DNA of 64,000 nucleotides from Spirochaetota bacterium (lineage in GTDB: Bacteria; Spirochaetota; UBA4802; UBA5368): NCBI GenBank assembly GCA_004297825.1, contig SCSX01000060.1, forward strand, positions 7,631 to 71,630, given 5' to 3'. Positions within the stretch are counted from its first letter, which is position 1. Each line of letters starts with the position of its first letter. The notes beneath the pieces are model-generated. The model searched no databases, was not told the DNA's origin, and saw only the letters and a program-made list of their open reading frames with translations. The translations under genes were made by a program, and so were the position numbers. Shown one piece after another: positions 50,843 to 60,975 of the stretch.

Positions 50843-51534
50843 CGGGCGTGCTCACCGTAAACCGCGTATACGATCTTCTATTAAGGGAATACGGGCCGCA
50901 GCACTGGTGGCCCGGCCGCACCGATTTCGAGGTCGCGATCGGGGCCATCCTCACGCAAAGCGTCTCCTGGAAAAACGTCGAATCGGCCATCCGCACCCTC
51001 AGGGGGGAGCGCCTTCTGCATCCCCGCAGGCTCCATGCCCTGGGCGCGCGGGAACTCGCGCCCCTCATACGCCCCACCGGCTACTTCAACCAGAAGGCGA
51101 AGAAGCTCTTGAATTTTCTCGACTGGTTCCGCGGGTACGGCTATTCCTTCGCGAAGGCGGCAGGCGCGGATACCGCCATCCTGCGCGAGGAGCTTCTCGC
51201 GGTGAACGGCATAGGACCCGAGACGGCGGATTCCATTCTGCTCTACGCGATGGGGAGGAAGGTGTTCGTGGTGGACGCCTACACGCGCCGCGTCTTTACG
51301 CGGCTGGGAATTCTCCTGGGATCGGAGAGCTATGACGCGATTCAGCGGATGTTTCACGCGCGCTTCAGGGGAGGGGTCCCGGAGTACAACGAGTACCACG
51401 CGCTCATCGTGAACCACGGGAAGGAGGTGTGCAGGAAAAGGCCCCTGTGCGGGCGCTGCCGGCTTGCGCGGGCGTGTCCCTCGCGTGTTAGCGAATCGGA
51501 CCCCGCCGCCTCAATAACCCGAACCGCCGGGTGA
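50839..51534 (+). CDS. Endonuclease III-like HhH-GPD DNA glycosylase with [4Fe-4S] cluster loop
   Basis: LAVNGIGPETADSILLYA (HhH), VVDAYTRRV (GPD region) and CRKRPLCGRCRLARACP (Cx6Cx2Cx5C). GTG start overlapping the asnC stop (GTGA). Confidence 0.8.
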   Translation: MTGVLTVNRVYDLLLREYGPQHWWPGRTDFEVAIGAILTQSVSWKNVESAIRTLRGERLLHPRRLHALGARELAPLIRPTGYFNQKAKKLLNFLDWFRGYGYSFAKAAGADTAILREELLAVNGIGPETADSILLYAMGRKVFVVDAYTRRVFTRLGILLGSESYDAIQRMFHARFRGGVPEYNEYHALIVNHGKEVCRKRPLCGRCRLARACPSRVSESDPAASITRTAG

Positions 51535-51912
51535 GGCGCCGTGATCGAGGAGCCAGGCGCGCGCCAGTTCCATGTCGCGAAAGGTCTTGTAGTTAAGCGA
51601 CTTGTTCCGCATGAGCGTTTCGAAGTCGCGAACTTGGGAGTAATAGCGTTTCGCGGGCACACAGGCGATCTTTTTTACCGGGAATTCCTTGAGCTTTTCC
51701 GTCAGGAATTCGACCATGATATGGGTGTCGAGCATTGTCTCGCGGTAGGCCACCTCCCGCTCGTCGAGCAGGACCAGCGCGAGATTCCGGTTTCTGCAGG
51801 TGTCGACGATCGTCTTGATGTAGGCGAGCGATTCAGTGAGCGTGTTCTGCACGCCGCGGCTCGTCACCAGCAGGTGGGCGTCGATTTCGGTAATGTCGTA
51901 ACGAAAGCTCAT
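51511..51912 (-). CDS. Hypothetical protein (133 aa)
   Basis: ORF convergent with and overlapping the end of the glycosylase gene by 24 bp. Alpha/beta composition. No motif recognised. Confidence 0.35.
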   Translation of the reverse strand: MSFRYDITEIDAHLLVTSRGVQNTLTESLAYIKTIVDTCRNRNLALVLLDEREVAYRETMLDTHIMVEFLTEKLKEFPVKKIACVPAKRYYSQVRDFETLMRNKSLNYKTFRDMELARAWLLDHGASPGGSGY

Positions 51913-52190
51913 ACTGTGTCTGCGGAACGGGACACGCGGGCAGGCGGCGGAAAGCTCACGTACCGCAGCCCGGCTCCCCGCGCCGTTTCATGATGGACAG
52001 CGTGTCCCCAAGATACAATTAAGCACGTTTTCGGCAGCGTACCAGAAATTCCGCCGGCGAAGGGTACGGTCATCCCGGGAATTCCGGGAACGGCGGGAGA
52101 GGGGTCCGATATCGCCCCGTATGAAAAATGCCGGTGAAAATTCCGGGAACGGGCGGTATATTTCATTTCAGGACACACCAGGAGATATTC

Positions 52191-52598
52191 ATGCGCACTA
52201 TCCTCTTGCCGCTGATCGCGGCGATTCTGATCCTTACGCCCTCGGGCCCCTACGCGAAGGGACCCCTGCTGAACCTTACCGATGCGACCTTCAACAGCGA
52301 GGTGCTTCACGGCGACCTGCCGGTGCTCGTGGACTTCTGGGCCGAGTGGTGCGGTCCTTGCAGGATGATCGCCCCCATACTGGAAGACCTTTCGGGAAAA
52401 TACGCCGGGAAGATGAAATTTTCCAAGCTGAACGTGGACGACCATGAATGGACGGCCCGGCGGTTCGGCATACAGCGCATACCCTGCGTGAAGATCTTCT
52501 ATAGAGGAAGGCTGCTCGATGAGATGTACGGCTCGTGGCCGCGCGAGGAGATCGAACATTTTATCACCCGCAACCTCGCCCTGGCCGCCTCCCGGTGA
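52191..52598 (+). CDS. Periplasmic thioredoxin
   Basis: Signal peptide MRTILLPLIAAILILTPSGPYAKG, then WAEWCGPCRMIAP (WCGPC active site). Confidence 0.85.
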   Translation: MRTILLPLIAAILILTPSGPYAKGPLLNLTDATFNSEVLHGDLPVLVDFWAEWCGPCRMIAPILEDLSGKYAGKMKFSKLNVDDHEWTARRFGIQRIPCVKIFYRGRLLDEMYGSWPREEIEHFITRNLALAASR

Positions 52599-52604
52599 CG
52601 GGGT

Positions 52605-53342
52605 CTATTTCACGAGTATCCGCGAACAGAGCTTCCCGATATCGTCCCGCGAGGTGTCGGCATTGTACACGTCCACGCTCCAGGCGCCGTCGATCAGGTA
52701 CTTGTACCGGTAATTTCCCTTCTGCAGGCGCTTGCGCAGCCGCCAGGTCCCCGTGGCATCGCGGCGCATGAGATCGTTTTCCGGGTTCCAGTTGTTGAAA
52801 TCGCCGACCAGGGAGATCATGCGGGCCTCGGGCCTGTAGAGGCGGAATTCCACGAGGTTTTTCTCCAGTATGCGGTAGGTCAGGTGCGTCCCCTCGCCGC
52901 TCCCCTCGTGCGGCGCGAGCGAGACGTAGGAGCCGCCCCCGTCGTCCTGGACGCCGGCGTTCCTTGGATCACTGGTCCACATGCCGTCCACGACGAACTT
53001 GTAGCGGACCTCGCCGGGTTCCTCGATCCCCGTGAGCAGGTAGAACCACACGCCGTTGTCTCCCCGCATCATGGGGACCGGCTTCCACTCGCTAAAGCTA
53101 CCCGCCACCTGGACCCGCTTCGCCGACCGGCTCTTGTAGGTGAAGAGGAGCCCGCTCTCCATCCTGGGGGCGAGGCCGCTGTCGTAGGCGCGTATCGCCT
53201 TGACCTCGCGCGGCGCGGACGCCTCTTTCAGGAGTAGATATTGGTAGTAGCTCTCCGCCACGGGGACGGCGGGATCGTTCGGGGTAAAGCCGGTCACGAG
53301 GAGCGGCAGAAAGGCAGCGAGCTGCTTGAGCTTCAGATGCAT
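52605..53342 (-). CDS. Secreted protein with two CBM48-like (glycogen-binding / isoamylase N-terminal) domains
   Basis: Two copies of a VxxxG(D/S)F(N/S)xW.......(M/R)xx...GxW....L..G.Y.YK(F/Y)(V/L)(V/I)DG.W pattern. Signal peptide. Start at MHLKLKQ. Confidence 0.6.
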   Translation of the reverse strand: MHLKLKQLAAFLPLLVTGFTPNDPAVPVAESYYQYLLLKEASAPREVKAIRAYDSGLAPRMESGLLFTYKSRSAKRVQVAGSFSEWKPVPMMRGDNGVWFYLLTGIEEPGEVRYKFVVDGMWTSDPRNAGVQDDGGGSYVSLAPHEGSGEGTHLTYRILEKNLVEFRLYRPEARMISLVGDFNNWNPENDLMRRDATGTWRLRKRLQKGNYRYKYLIDGAWSVDVYNADTSRDDIGKLCSRILVK

Positions 53343-53694
53343 GGGCGGACCTTTGGCCTGGGTCAAATTGTTTTCATGCGTTGTATTAATTATGTCGATA
53401 GGTATAGTAAAAATATTTATGCAAAAACGCGCGCGCTTACGGGAAACTGATCGAGGAATTGCTTCAACCCGCGTTGATACCGACGGGGGCGGGCGCTATG
53501 TGAAAAGGGCTTCATTATCCCGTATTTTTGAGGCCGGTGCCCGCGGGGTGAAGGCGAACGCGGATTTTCCAGCCGCCGAACGCGGCACGCGTACTCCGGG
53601 GTGCGGGCGCGAAAAGGGATTGATTTTTAATGCGCGATCACGCGTAATGATTATGTCGCAACGCCGCCGCGCGGCGTGTTCCGGATAGCAGCCA

Positions 53695-56600
53695 ATGGGT
53701 GACAGCGAACAGAAAATAGAATATACGCCGCAGGAGCTCGCCGAGATCGAGCGGATTATCGGTCTCATGCCGAGCGAGGGCGTGCCTGCGCGCAGGCCCC
53801 CGGCCGCGCGCGTCGCGCTCCCCGAGGAGATCGAGGAGACGCTCGATGACGGCGATCTCCGTCCGGGGGACGAAGAGGGCATAGAGGCTATAGAGGAGAT
53901 CGAGGACATCTCCGATGCGATCGAGTTCGTCGAGGAGGAGCCGGCCCCCGTCAGGGGACGCATTCGGCCCGCCGAGGACGTCGCCGAGACGCTGGATATA
54001 TCGGCGCTCGAGCCTTTCGACGAGGGCGCCCAGGCGCCGGAAGCCCCGGTAAGCGGCGAGGGGGCCGATATACTCCCCGCCGACGAGTTCGCCGGCCTGG
54101 GCGAAATGCCCGAAATCGAGGAGGCGCCGCCGCGCGCCCGGAAGCCCGTCTCGGAAGGGACGCTGGGGGACCTCGAGGAGCTCACCGCCGGCGAGCCCCC
54201 CTCGGTCGATCTGCAGGACATCCCGGACAGCGGGTTCGCGGAAGAGCCGAAGCCGGCGCGCAAGGCGCCCCCGGAGGACGAGCTCGGGATCGGTGACCTT
54301 GACGAGATCCCGGGGGCCGGTGCGGGGACCGAGGCCAGGCAGGAGGTCCGACTCGACAAGGACGTGGACCTGGATATCGGCGACCTGTCCGATATTTCGG
54401 TGAAGGAAATATCGGACATGCCGGAGGTCGGTGAGGCCGATATACCCGAGTTCGGGGCCGGCGAGATACCCCTGCCGGATGAGACGGCTCCCCCCGGAAG
54501 GCGCAAGACGGAGGAAGCCCCTCAGCCGTTCGAGGAGATGCCCGAAGACATGCATGGCCTGGATATCCCGGAGCCCATGAGTCTGTCCGGAGAACCCGCG
54601 GCGAAGAAACCCGCCGAGCCGGAGCTCGATGTGTTCGCGGAAGCCCCTCCGCGCCGCGAAGAAAAAATCGAGTCGTTCGAGGATTTCGCCGATTCCGCCG
54701 ACCTGGGCGCGTTCGAGGAACCGGAGCCCGAGCCGGCCCCCAAGGCGCGGAAGGAGCGCGCGGCGGAATCCTTCGATATCGAACCCCTCCCCGGGGAGCG
54801 GGCCCCCGCGGGCGACGAGGGGCTGGACCTGTCATCCAGGGAGCTCAGCAAGCTCAAGAAGGCGCTCATGCTGTTCCATCCCGCCCTGAGAAGGGCGGTG
54901 AAGGACACGATCATGACGGACAGGCTGCCCGTCCCCGACGCGCGCGCGCTCGTGGACCTGATCCTGAAGGGCGGCTCGGAAGAGGCGGTCAAGGATTTCC
55001 TGGAGGGCAAGCTCGGCATCTTCATCGACATCGCCGAGGAGGCGCCGCGCGAGGGAAGGCGGGTTATAAGTGCGCGCCCCGAATACACGAAGGTGGGCAT
55101 CGAGCGCCAGAAGAAGCTGTTTAAGGCGACGCGCGTATTCGCGATCGTCGCCGCGGTTACCTTCCTCACGACGGTGCTCTGCTACCAGTTCATCTACAAG
55201 CCGTACATGGCCAAAAAGCTCATCCGCGAGGGCGTGGCGTATATCCGCGAGAAGGGCGACCCGGTGAACAAGAAGCCCCGCGACTACGAAAAGGCGGAGA
55301 AGCTCTTCCGCGACGTGGACGAGCATTTTATCAAGAACTACATTCCCGGTTACAACGCGTACGCGCGCGCCTATTTCGACAAGCACGAGTACGATTACGC
55401 GATCAAGAAGCTCGAAAACGCGATCGAGTTGGACCCCGTGAACGTCGAGACGCTCAACAACCTGGGCTATTTCTACGCGCGCGTCCCCGACGTCGATTTC
55501 AAGAGGCTGCGGCGCGACAAGAAAGAGAACCGGCTGGATCTCGCGATCAAGTATTACCGCATGGTGCTCACCCGCGAACCGGAGAACCAGACGGCGCTCT
55601 ACGGCGTGGGAAACGCGTATTTCTACCAGGGGCACTACCTCAAGGCAAAGCAGTACTACGAGGACATGCTGCGTATCAACAAGAAGTCCGCCGAGGGCCA
55701 CGCGGGGCTGCTGAACCTGTACATCGAGCGCGACGTGCTGCCGGAGGTGGTGAGCGTTCACGTCGCGATGCAGGACAAGGACCTGCTTGAAAAGGCGCCC
55801 TCGCCCCTGCTCTACAAGCTTGCCAACTATTACCTGGGCAAGAAGAGAACCGACAAGGTCAACATCCGGCTCGACTACGGCATCCAGTCGAACCGGTTCA
55901 AGGATCTCGCGGACAATCCCTACCCGGCGGTGCGCGCCGTGCTCAGCGCGCTGCACCAGCGCGATCCCGATTACCCGCCGCTGTACGTCGCGTACGCGCG
56001 GCTGAACAGGGACGAGAAGAACCTCACGCTCATGGAGAGCTATCTCCAGAAGGCGCTGAAGCTGGAGCCCGCTTATTTCGCCGCCCTCCACCTTCTCGGG
56101 GAGTATTACTACATGACGAAGCAGCCCGTGAAGTCCTACGACTATCTAAACAAGGCGGTGCAGGCGAACCTGAGCCCGCCCGAATTCGCGATGGAGGATT
56201 TTTACAAGGAAACGGAGACGGTGGGCAGGTCCTACCATCTCATGGGCAATATCTTCTATTACTTCTTCGACCAGGTCAAGGCGACCTCGCGGTTTGGCGA
56301 CGAGCTCGAGGAGGAAGAAGACCGGGAAAACGAGATAGAGCAGCGCGCGAATTACGAGATCGCGCAGACGAAATACGAGGCGGCTGCGGACGAGGGCTAC
56401 AAGGCGCCCGAGCTTTCCTACAACCTGGGTCGGATATTCTACCTGAAGCAGCAGTACGAAAAGGCGCTCGAGCAATGGCTTGACCTCTACGAGGATTTCG
56501 TGGAAAACCCGGAGATCATGTTCGCCCTGGGGAACGCGTTCTACCACATGGACAATATCGAGGCGGCGCGCGGCGAATACCTTAAGCTCATCAACAGCTT

Positions 56601-56907
56601 CGAGCGGAAAACCGAAAAGATCAAGACGGTGTTCCCGGACCGCGCCGATCACCTTAAAATTTATGGAACGCTCGCCTCCGCGTACAACAACATGGGCTCG
56701 GTATTTCACCGGAAGGGAAACGAAACGAAGGCCAGCGTGAGCTACTGGAAGGCGATCGACAACTCAAGGCGGCTCGAGCGTGAAAACGAGTTTGCGAGGG
56801 TGAACCTCGCGCGGCTTCTCCGGCCCACCGGGGAGCCCGGCAAACCCGTGCTGGACGAAAGCATTCCTTTCAGCATTCAGTACTACATCAAGGAACTCCG
56901 CCCATAA
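53695..56907 (+). CDS. Large (1070 aa) protein: acidic/Pro-rich low-complexity N-terminal half, one TM helix, C-terminal multi-TPR domain
   Basis: The N-terminal ~450 aa are E/D/P/A-rich with recurring EIPE/DIPE/GDLDEIP. TM VFAIVAAVTFLTTVLCYQFIY. About 10 or more TPR-like repeats afterwards (e.g. ALYGVGNAYFYQGHYLKAKQYYEDML). Confidence 0.7.
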   Translation: MGDSEQKIEYTPQELAEIERIIGLMPSEGVPARRPPAARVALPEEIEETLDDGDLRPGDEEGIEAIEEIEDISDAIEFVEEEPAPVRGRIRPAEDVAETLDISALEPFDEGAQAPEAPVSGEGADILPADEFAGLGEMPEIEEAPPRARKPVSEGTLGDLEELTAGEPPSVDLQDIPDSGFAEEPKPARKAPPEDELGIGDLDEIPGAGAGTEARQEVRLDKDVDLDIGDLSDISVKEISDMPEVGEADIPEFGAGEIPLPDETAPPGRRKTEEAPQPFEEMPEDMHGLDIPEPMSLSGEPAAKKPAEPELDVFAEAPPRREEKIESFEDFADSADLGAFEEPEPEPAPKARKERAAESFDIEPLPGERAPAGDEGLDLSSRELSKLKKALMLFHPALRRAVKDTIMTDRLPVPDARALVDLILKGGSEEAVKDFLEGKLGIFIDIAEEAPREGRRVISARPEYTKVGIERQKKLFKATRVFAIVAAVTFLTTVLCYQFIYKPYMAKKLIREGVAYIREKGDPVNKKPRDYEKAEKLFRDVDEHFIKNYIPGYNAYARAYFDKHEYDYAIKKLENAIELDPVNVETLNNLGYFYARVPDVDFKRLRRDKKENRLDLAIKYYRMVLTREPENQTALYGVGNAYFYQGHYLKAKQYYEDMLRINKKSAEGHAGLLNLYIERDVLPEVVSVHVAMQDKDLLEKAPSPLLYKLANYYLGKKRTDKVNIRLDYGIQSNRFKDLADNPYPAVRAVLSALHQRDPDYPPLYVAYARLNRDEKNLTLMESYLQKALKLEPAYFAALHLLGEYYYMTKQPVKSYDYLNKAVQANLSPPEFAMEDFYKETETVGRSYHLMGNIFYYFFDQVKATSRFGDELEEEEDRENEIEQRANYEIAQTKYEAAADEGYKAPELSYNLGRIFYLKQQYEKALEQWLDLYEDFVENPEIMFALGNAFYHMDNIEAARGEYLKLINSFERKTEKIKTVFPDRADHLKIYGTLASAYNNMGSVFHRKGNETKASVSYWKAIDNSRRLERENEFARVNLARLLRPTGEPGKPVLDESIPFSIQYYIKELRP

Positions 56908-56935
56908 CGCTTCCCCGGCGCTCCCTTCGACTCCG

Positions 56936-56985
56936 CTCAGGGAGCGAAGTCGGGCTTCCCCTCAGGGAGCGAAGTCGCGCTTCCC
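56936..56985. repeat. 25-bp perfect-ish tandem direct repeat x2 within a larger dyad-rich intergenic element (56908-56990)
   Basis: ctcagggagcgaagtcgGgcttccc / ctcagggagcgaagtcgCgcttccc, flanked on both sides by cgcttccccggcg. Just after the TPR gene stop (56907). Confidence 0.6.
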
Positions 56986-57116
56986 CGGCGTGCGCGGACA
57001 CCCATCCGTTTATCGACTTGACAACGATGTCCGGTTCTGCTTGTGTGATGCTCGACGCGTCAGGGGACGCCATGTCTCCCGGACGGATTTTCCGCGTCGG
57101 CGCCAGGTATAACGAT

Positions 57117-58022
57117 ATGGATAAAATACGGATAGGGACCCGCGGCAGCGACCTCGCGCTCTGGCAGGCACGCCACGTGGCCGGGCTACTGGGCCGCGAG
57201 CGCGTCGAGATCGTGATCATCAAGACGCAGGGCGACAAGGTGCAGCACCTTTCCTTCGATAAGATGGAGGGGAAGGGCTTTTTCACCAGGGAGATCGAGG
57301 ACGCCCTGCTCGAGGGGCGCACCGACCTCGCGGTGCATTCGATGAAGGACCTTCCCACCGAGGAAACGCCCGGGCTCGCGGTCGCCGCGATCACCGTCCG
57401 CGAAGACCCCTCGGACGTGCTCCTGGTGCGCGCCGACCGGTACGCACGGGAGAAGGCCTTCCCGCTCGGTGACGGTGCCGTGGTGGGGACGGGGTCGTTC
57501 AGGCGCGCGGCCCAGCTTCGGAGGGCGCATCCCGGGGTGGAGGTGCGGCCGCTCCGCGGCAACGTGCCCACACGCGTGAGGCGTCTGGCCGAGGGCAAGT
57601 TCGACGCGGTTATACTCGCGCGGGCGGGACTCTCGCGGCTCGCGCTCAACCTCTCCGGATTCGTCGATTTCACGCTGCCCTTTTCCTATTTTCTTCCGGC
57701 CCCCGCGCAGGGGGCGCTCGCGCTCCAGGTGCGCGCGGGCGATTCCGCGTTAGCCGAAATCGTTTCCGCCCTGGAGCACCGGGAGACCGCGCGGGCGATA
57801 CGCGCGGAGCGCGCATTCTTAAAGGAATTCGGCGGGGGGTGCCATGTCCCCCTGGGTGCGCTGGGCATCGTCCAGGGACCCAGGGTCCATCTCTCGGGGG
57901 TGATCGCCGCACTGGACGGAAGCGCCCTGCTGCGGCGCACGGTCGTGGACGAGGATCCCGAGCGCGCGGGCGCGGAGCTCGCGCGGATACTGAAAGAGGA
58001 AGGGGCCGATTCGCTGCTATGA
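57117..58022 (+). CDS. hemC: Hydroxymethylbilane synthase (porphobilinogen deaminase)
   Basis: IRIGTRGSDLALWQA, the SMKDLP region and the dipyrromethane cofactor Cys region (GGCHVPLGA). Start at MDKIRIG. Confidence 0.9.
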   Translation: MDKIRIGTRGSDLALWQARHVAGLLGRERVEIVIIKTQGDKVQHLSFDKMEGKGFFTREIEDALLEGRTDLAVHSMKDLPTEETPGLAVAAITVREDPSDVLLVRADRYAREKAFPLGDGAVVGTGSFRRAAQLRRAHPGVEVRPLRGNVPTRVRRLAEGKFDAVILARAGLSRLALNLSGFVDFTLPFSYFLPAPAQGALALQVRAGDSALAEIVSALEHRETARAIRAERAFLKEFGGGCHVPLGALGIVQGPRVHLSGVIAALDGSALLRRTVVDEDPERAGAELARILKEEGADSLL

Positions 58023-59518
58023 AAAAAGGATTCGTCTACCTCGCGGGGGCCGGTCCCGGCGACCCCGACCTGATAACGGTCAAGGCGCTAAACGCGCTGC
58101 GCGACGCGGAGTGCGTCATCTATGATTTCCTCGCGAACCCTTCCGTGCTGGGCCCGCTTTCGTGCGAAAAGATTTACGTGGGAAAGCAGGGGGGAGACCA
58201 CACGCTGCCTCAGGAGGAGATAAACGCGCTCCTGGTTCGAAAAGCCCTGGAGGGGAAGGTCGTGGTGCGGCTGAAGGGGGGCGACCCCTTCATCTTCGGC
58301 CGCGGCGGCGAGGAGGCCGAGGAGCTGGTAAAGCACGGCATTCCCTTCGCCATAATTCCGGGAATTTCCTCGTTTTATTCAGCGCCGGCCTACGCCGGGA
58401 TACCGGTGACCCACCGCGATTTCGCGAACGCCTTCGAGGTGATCACCGGGCATCGCCGCGCGGACGCCCCGGAGGGCGAGGACGTAAACTTCCCGGACTA
58501 CGATCCCGATAAAACCTTCGTCTTCCTCATGGGGATGAAAAACCTGGAGCACATCGCCTCCTCGCTCGTTACGCGGAAGGCATTCCCCGCGGACACGCCC
58601 GCGGCGGTGGTCACCTGGGGGACCACGCCCGCCCAGCGCACGGCGGCGGGGACGCTCGGGGATATCGCCGCCTCCGCGGCGTCGGCGGGCATGACGCCTC
58701 CCGCGATCATAGTGGTGGGGCGGGTGGCGGGCCTGCGCGAAAAGCTTCGCTGGTTCGACACGCTCCCGCTGTTCGGGAAAAATATCGTCGTGACGCGCAC
58801 CAGGGAGCAGGCCTCGGTACTTTCCCGGAAGCTTGCCGCGCTGGGCGCGCAGGCGATAGAGCTTCCATCGATAAAGATCAGGATTCCCGGGGACCAGCGT
58901 TCCCTTCGCGAGGCGCTGGGGAAAATAGGGACCTATTCCTGGATCGTATTCACCTCCCAGAACGCCGTGGGCATATTCTTTCAGGCGATGGCGGATAACG
59001 GTCTCGACGCGCGTGCGCTGCATGCGTGCCGGATCGCCGCGATAGGGCCCGCGACCGCGGCGGAGCTCGCGGGACGCGGAATCGTGGCCGACCTCGTGCC
59101 CGACGAATACGTCGCCGAGGCGGCGCTCGCGGCGCTCGGGAAGGCGGGTGTCGCGGGGGCGCGCGTACTGCTTCCCTGCGCGTCAGGCGCGCGCGAGGTG
59201 CTCAGTACCGGGCTCGCCGGGCTGGGGGCATCGGTCGACCGCGTGCATATCTACGACACCGTGATGCCGGATGACGCGGGGGCGGAAGCGCTCGAGCGGG
59301 TGCGCGACGCCGATATCGTCACCTTCGCGAGCAGTTCGACCGCGAAAAACTTTTTCGCCATGGTGAAGGATACCAGCGCCGCCCTGGCGTCGATCGGTCC
59401 GGTCACCTCCGCGGCGCTTCGCGAGCTTGGAAAGCGCGTGGACATCGAGGCGAAGGAGTACACCATTGACGGATTGGTGGACGCGATCGTGGAATGGTGC
59501 GGGAGGCCGGGAAAATAA
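58019..59518 (+). CDS. cobA: Uroporphyrinogen-III C-methyltransferase fused to uroporphyrinogen-III synthase (CobA/HemD bifunctional)
   Basis: N-terminal VYLAGAGPGDPDLITVKA (SUMT GxGxGD), then a C-terminal HemD-like domain. Its ATG overlaps the hemC TGA as ATGA (58019-58022). Confidence 0.9.
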   Translation: MKKGFVYLAGAGPGDPDLITVKALNALRDAECVIYDFLANPSVLGPLSCEKIYVGKQGGDHTLPQEEINALLVRKALEGKVVVRLKGGDPFIFGRGGEEAEELVKHGIPFAIIPGISSFYSAPAYAGIPVTHRDFANAFEVITGHRRADAPEGEDVNFPDYDPDKTFVFLMGMKNLEHIASSLVTRKAFPADTPAAVVTWGTTPAQRTAAGTLGDIAASAASAGMTPPAIIVVGRVAGLREKLRWFDTLPLFGKNIVVTRTREQASVLSRKLAALGAQAIELPSIKIRIPGDQRSLREALGKIGTYSWIVFTSQNAVGIFFQAMADNGLDARALHACRIAAIGPATAAELAGRGIVADLVPDEYVAEAALAALGKAGVAGARVLLPCASGAREVLSTGLAGLGASVDRVHIYDTVMPDDAGAEALERVRDADIVTFASSSTAKNFFAMVKDTSAALASIGPVTSAALRELGKRVDIEAKEYTIDGLVDAIVEWCGRPGK

Positions 59519-59778
59519 GGTAACGGGCGGGCTCTCAATTGTGCGTTAAATCCCCCCGCCTGTCGGCGCGCCCCCTTTCGTAACTACCCATTACCCACAA
59601 GTCAAAAAACGCCCTCCATGCCCCCCGGCGAGGGGTAACGACATTTGCCATTAATAGAAAATGCATATTCTGCCGATTGTTGAAGTCCCCCTCCGGGGGA
59701 TTTAGGGGGCCTCCTGATGCGGTTTTTGTGATTTAGGTAATTGGTAGGTTCAAGGATGCCGGGGCGATTTGATTTTGC

Positions 59779-60732
59779 CTATTTCTCCGGCGGCTCCGGT
59801 TCGAAGCCATGCTTTTTCTCCTCGCCCTCAGAGCCCCCTGAAAAGTGGTAACTCGCCGAGATCTGGATCACGCGCTGCTTCTCCGAGCCCTTGGCCGAGG
59901 ACTGGAGCTGCTGAAGTACGGTCCCTATGCTGATATCATCGAAAATAATATCAAACCCGTATGACATTGAGACGGTATTCGGGATGTCCACGGTGATGGA
60001 TGTGGAACCGGCCCCCGAATAGCCGGGATTGTCGGTGAGCGTGGCGCTGCCCTTGAAAGAGCTTATCATGAAAAACGGGCTCAGCCGCACCTGGCCGCCC
60101 AGGGGTATATCGAACTGAACGCCATACTGGATGCCGTAGGTAGTGGAATTGATATTCACAGTATCGGTGTAGCCTGAAAATACCTCGCCCTGGTTGGCAA
60201 ATGGCGGGGGCACAATGACGCTGTAGGGCGTGTTTATGGTGAACAGGGAAAAACCAAAATTCGGCCCTGCGAAAAATATGAGGCTGAAATCACTCGTATG
60301 GATGGCCTGTATCTCAATATTGGTGCTCGCGCGCATTCCGAATAGAAACAAAGTCGCGTCTCCGTCGACCCGTGTGAAATATGGGGTATATGGTGCCGAA
60401 CTAGTGTAAATAGTTGTAATGGGGGGGATTCCGGGCATGGTCCCGCCCATCATCATGAGACCTGCTTCGAAGTCCAGGGCCAGGAATTCCGTAAATGCGC
60501 CCCTGCCTTTGAATTCACCGTTTGCGCCTAACAGGGAGAGCTCGCCCATCGAGATGCTCACGAGGGCCCCGCCCGCGGTCATGTCGGTGCGGCCCGATTC
60601 GAAATAGGGATAGGCGATGGGAGACGGGGCGATCTGGAAGTTGCTCTGCTGGTCCGCATGTGCCGCGGATGAGAATGCGGCCAGGCATAGTACGAGAATG
60701 ACGATTGCAGGGACTGGATGGGTAATTTTCAT
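59779..60732 (-). CDS. Secreted protein, probably outer-membrane beta-barrel-like
   Basis: Signal peptide MKITHPVPAIVILVLCLAAFSSAAHA. Alternating hydrophobic/Gly-rich beta-strand pattern. C-terminal acidic tail. Confidence 0.45.
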   Translation of the reverse strand: MKITHPVPAIVILVLCLAAFSSAAHADQQSNFQIAPSPIAYPYFESGRTDMTAGGALVSISMGELSLLGANGEFKGRGAFTEFLALDFEAGLMMMGGTMPGIPPITTIYTSSAPYTPYFTRVDGDATLFLFGMRASTNIEIQAIHTSDFSLIFFAGPNFGFSLFTINTPYSVIVPPPFANQGEVFSGYTDTVNINSTTYGIQYGVQFDIPLGGQVRLSPFFMISSFKGSATLTDNPGYSGAGSTSITVDIPNTVSMSYGFDIIFDDISIGTVLQQLQSSAKGSEKQRVIQISASYHFSGGSEGEEKKHGFEPEPPEK

Positions 60733-60975
60733 GGGAGCCTCCTCGATCGGTTTCAAGAAAGCAGGGGGAACTGGATTGTTCGACGTTATACGAATAACGC
60801 GGAGCCGTCAATCTCATTATCAAATATTCGGAGACGCCGTGACCCGGCACCTCACAGATGAAAAGCCGATCGTTTAAATCAAGAGGCTTGCGAATGGGCG
60901 GGGGGTATCCTGAAAAACAGACACGGCAGGGCGTTGCCGCCCTGCCGCCTGTGCTGTGGGGTTTTCCCGAAACGC

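Noticed and set aside
53496-56091. Long antisense ORFs (53496..54506, 53638..54555, 54182..54835, 54522..55169, 54832..56091) opposite the 1070-aa TPR gene
   Set aside because: They are Ser/Arg/Pro/Gly-rich low-complexity translations typical of stop-poor antisense frames in more than 65% GC DNA. The plus-strand protein has coherent TM and TPR architecture.
59683-59700. Hairpin tcccccTCCGggggga ~170 nt downstream of cobA-hemD
   Set aside because: The 6-bp stem is short. It is not followed by a convincing U-tract on either strand and is too far from the stop codon to call a terminator with confidence.
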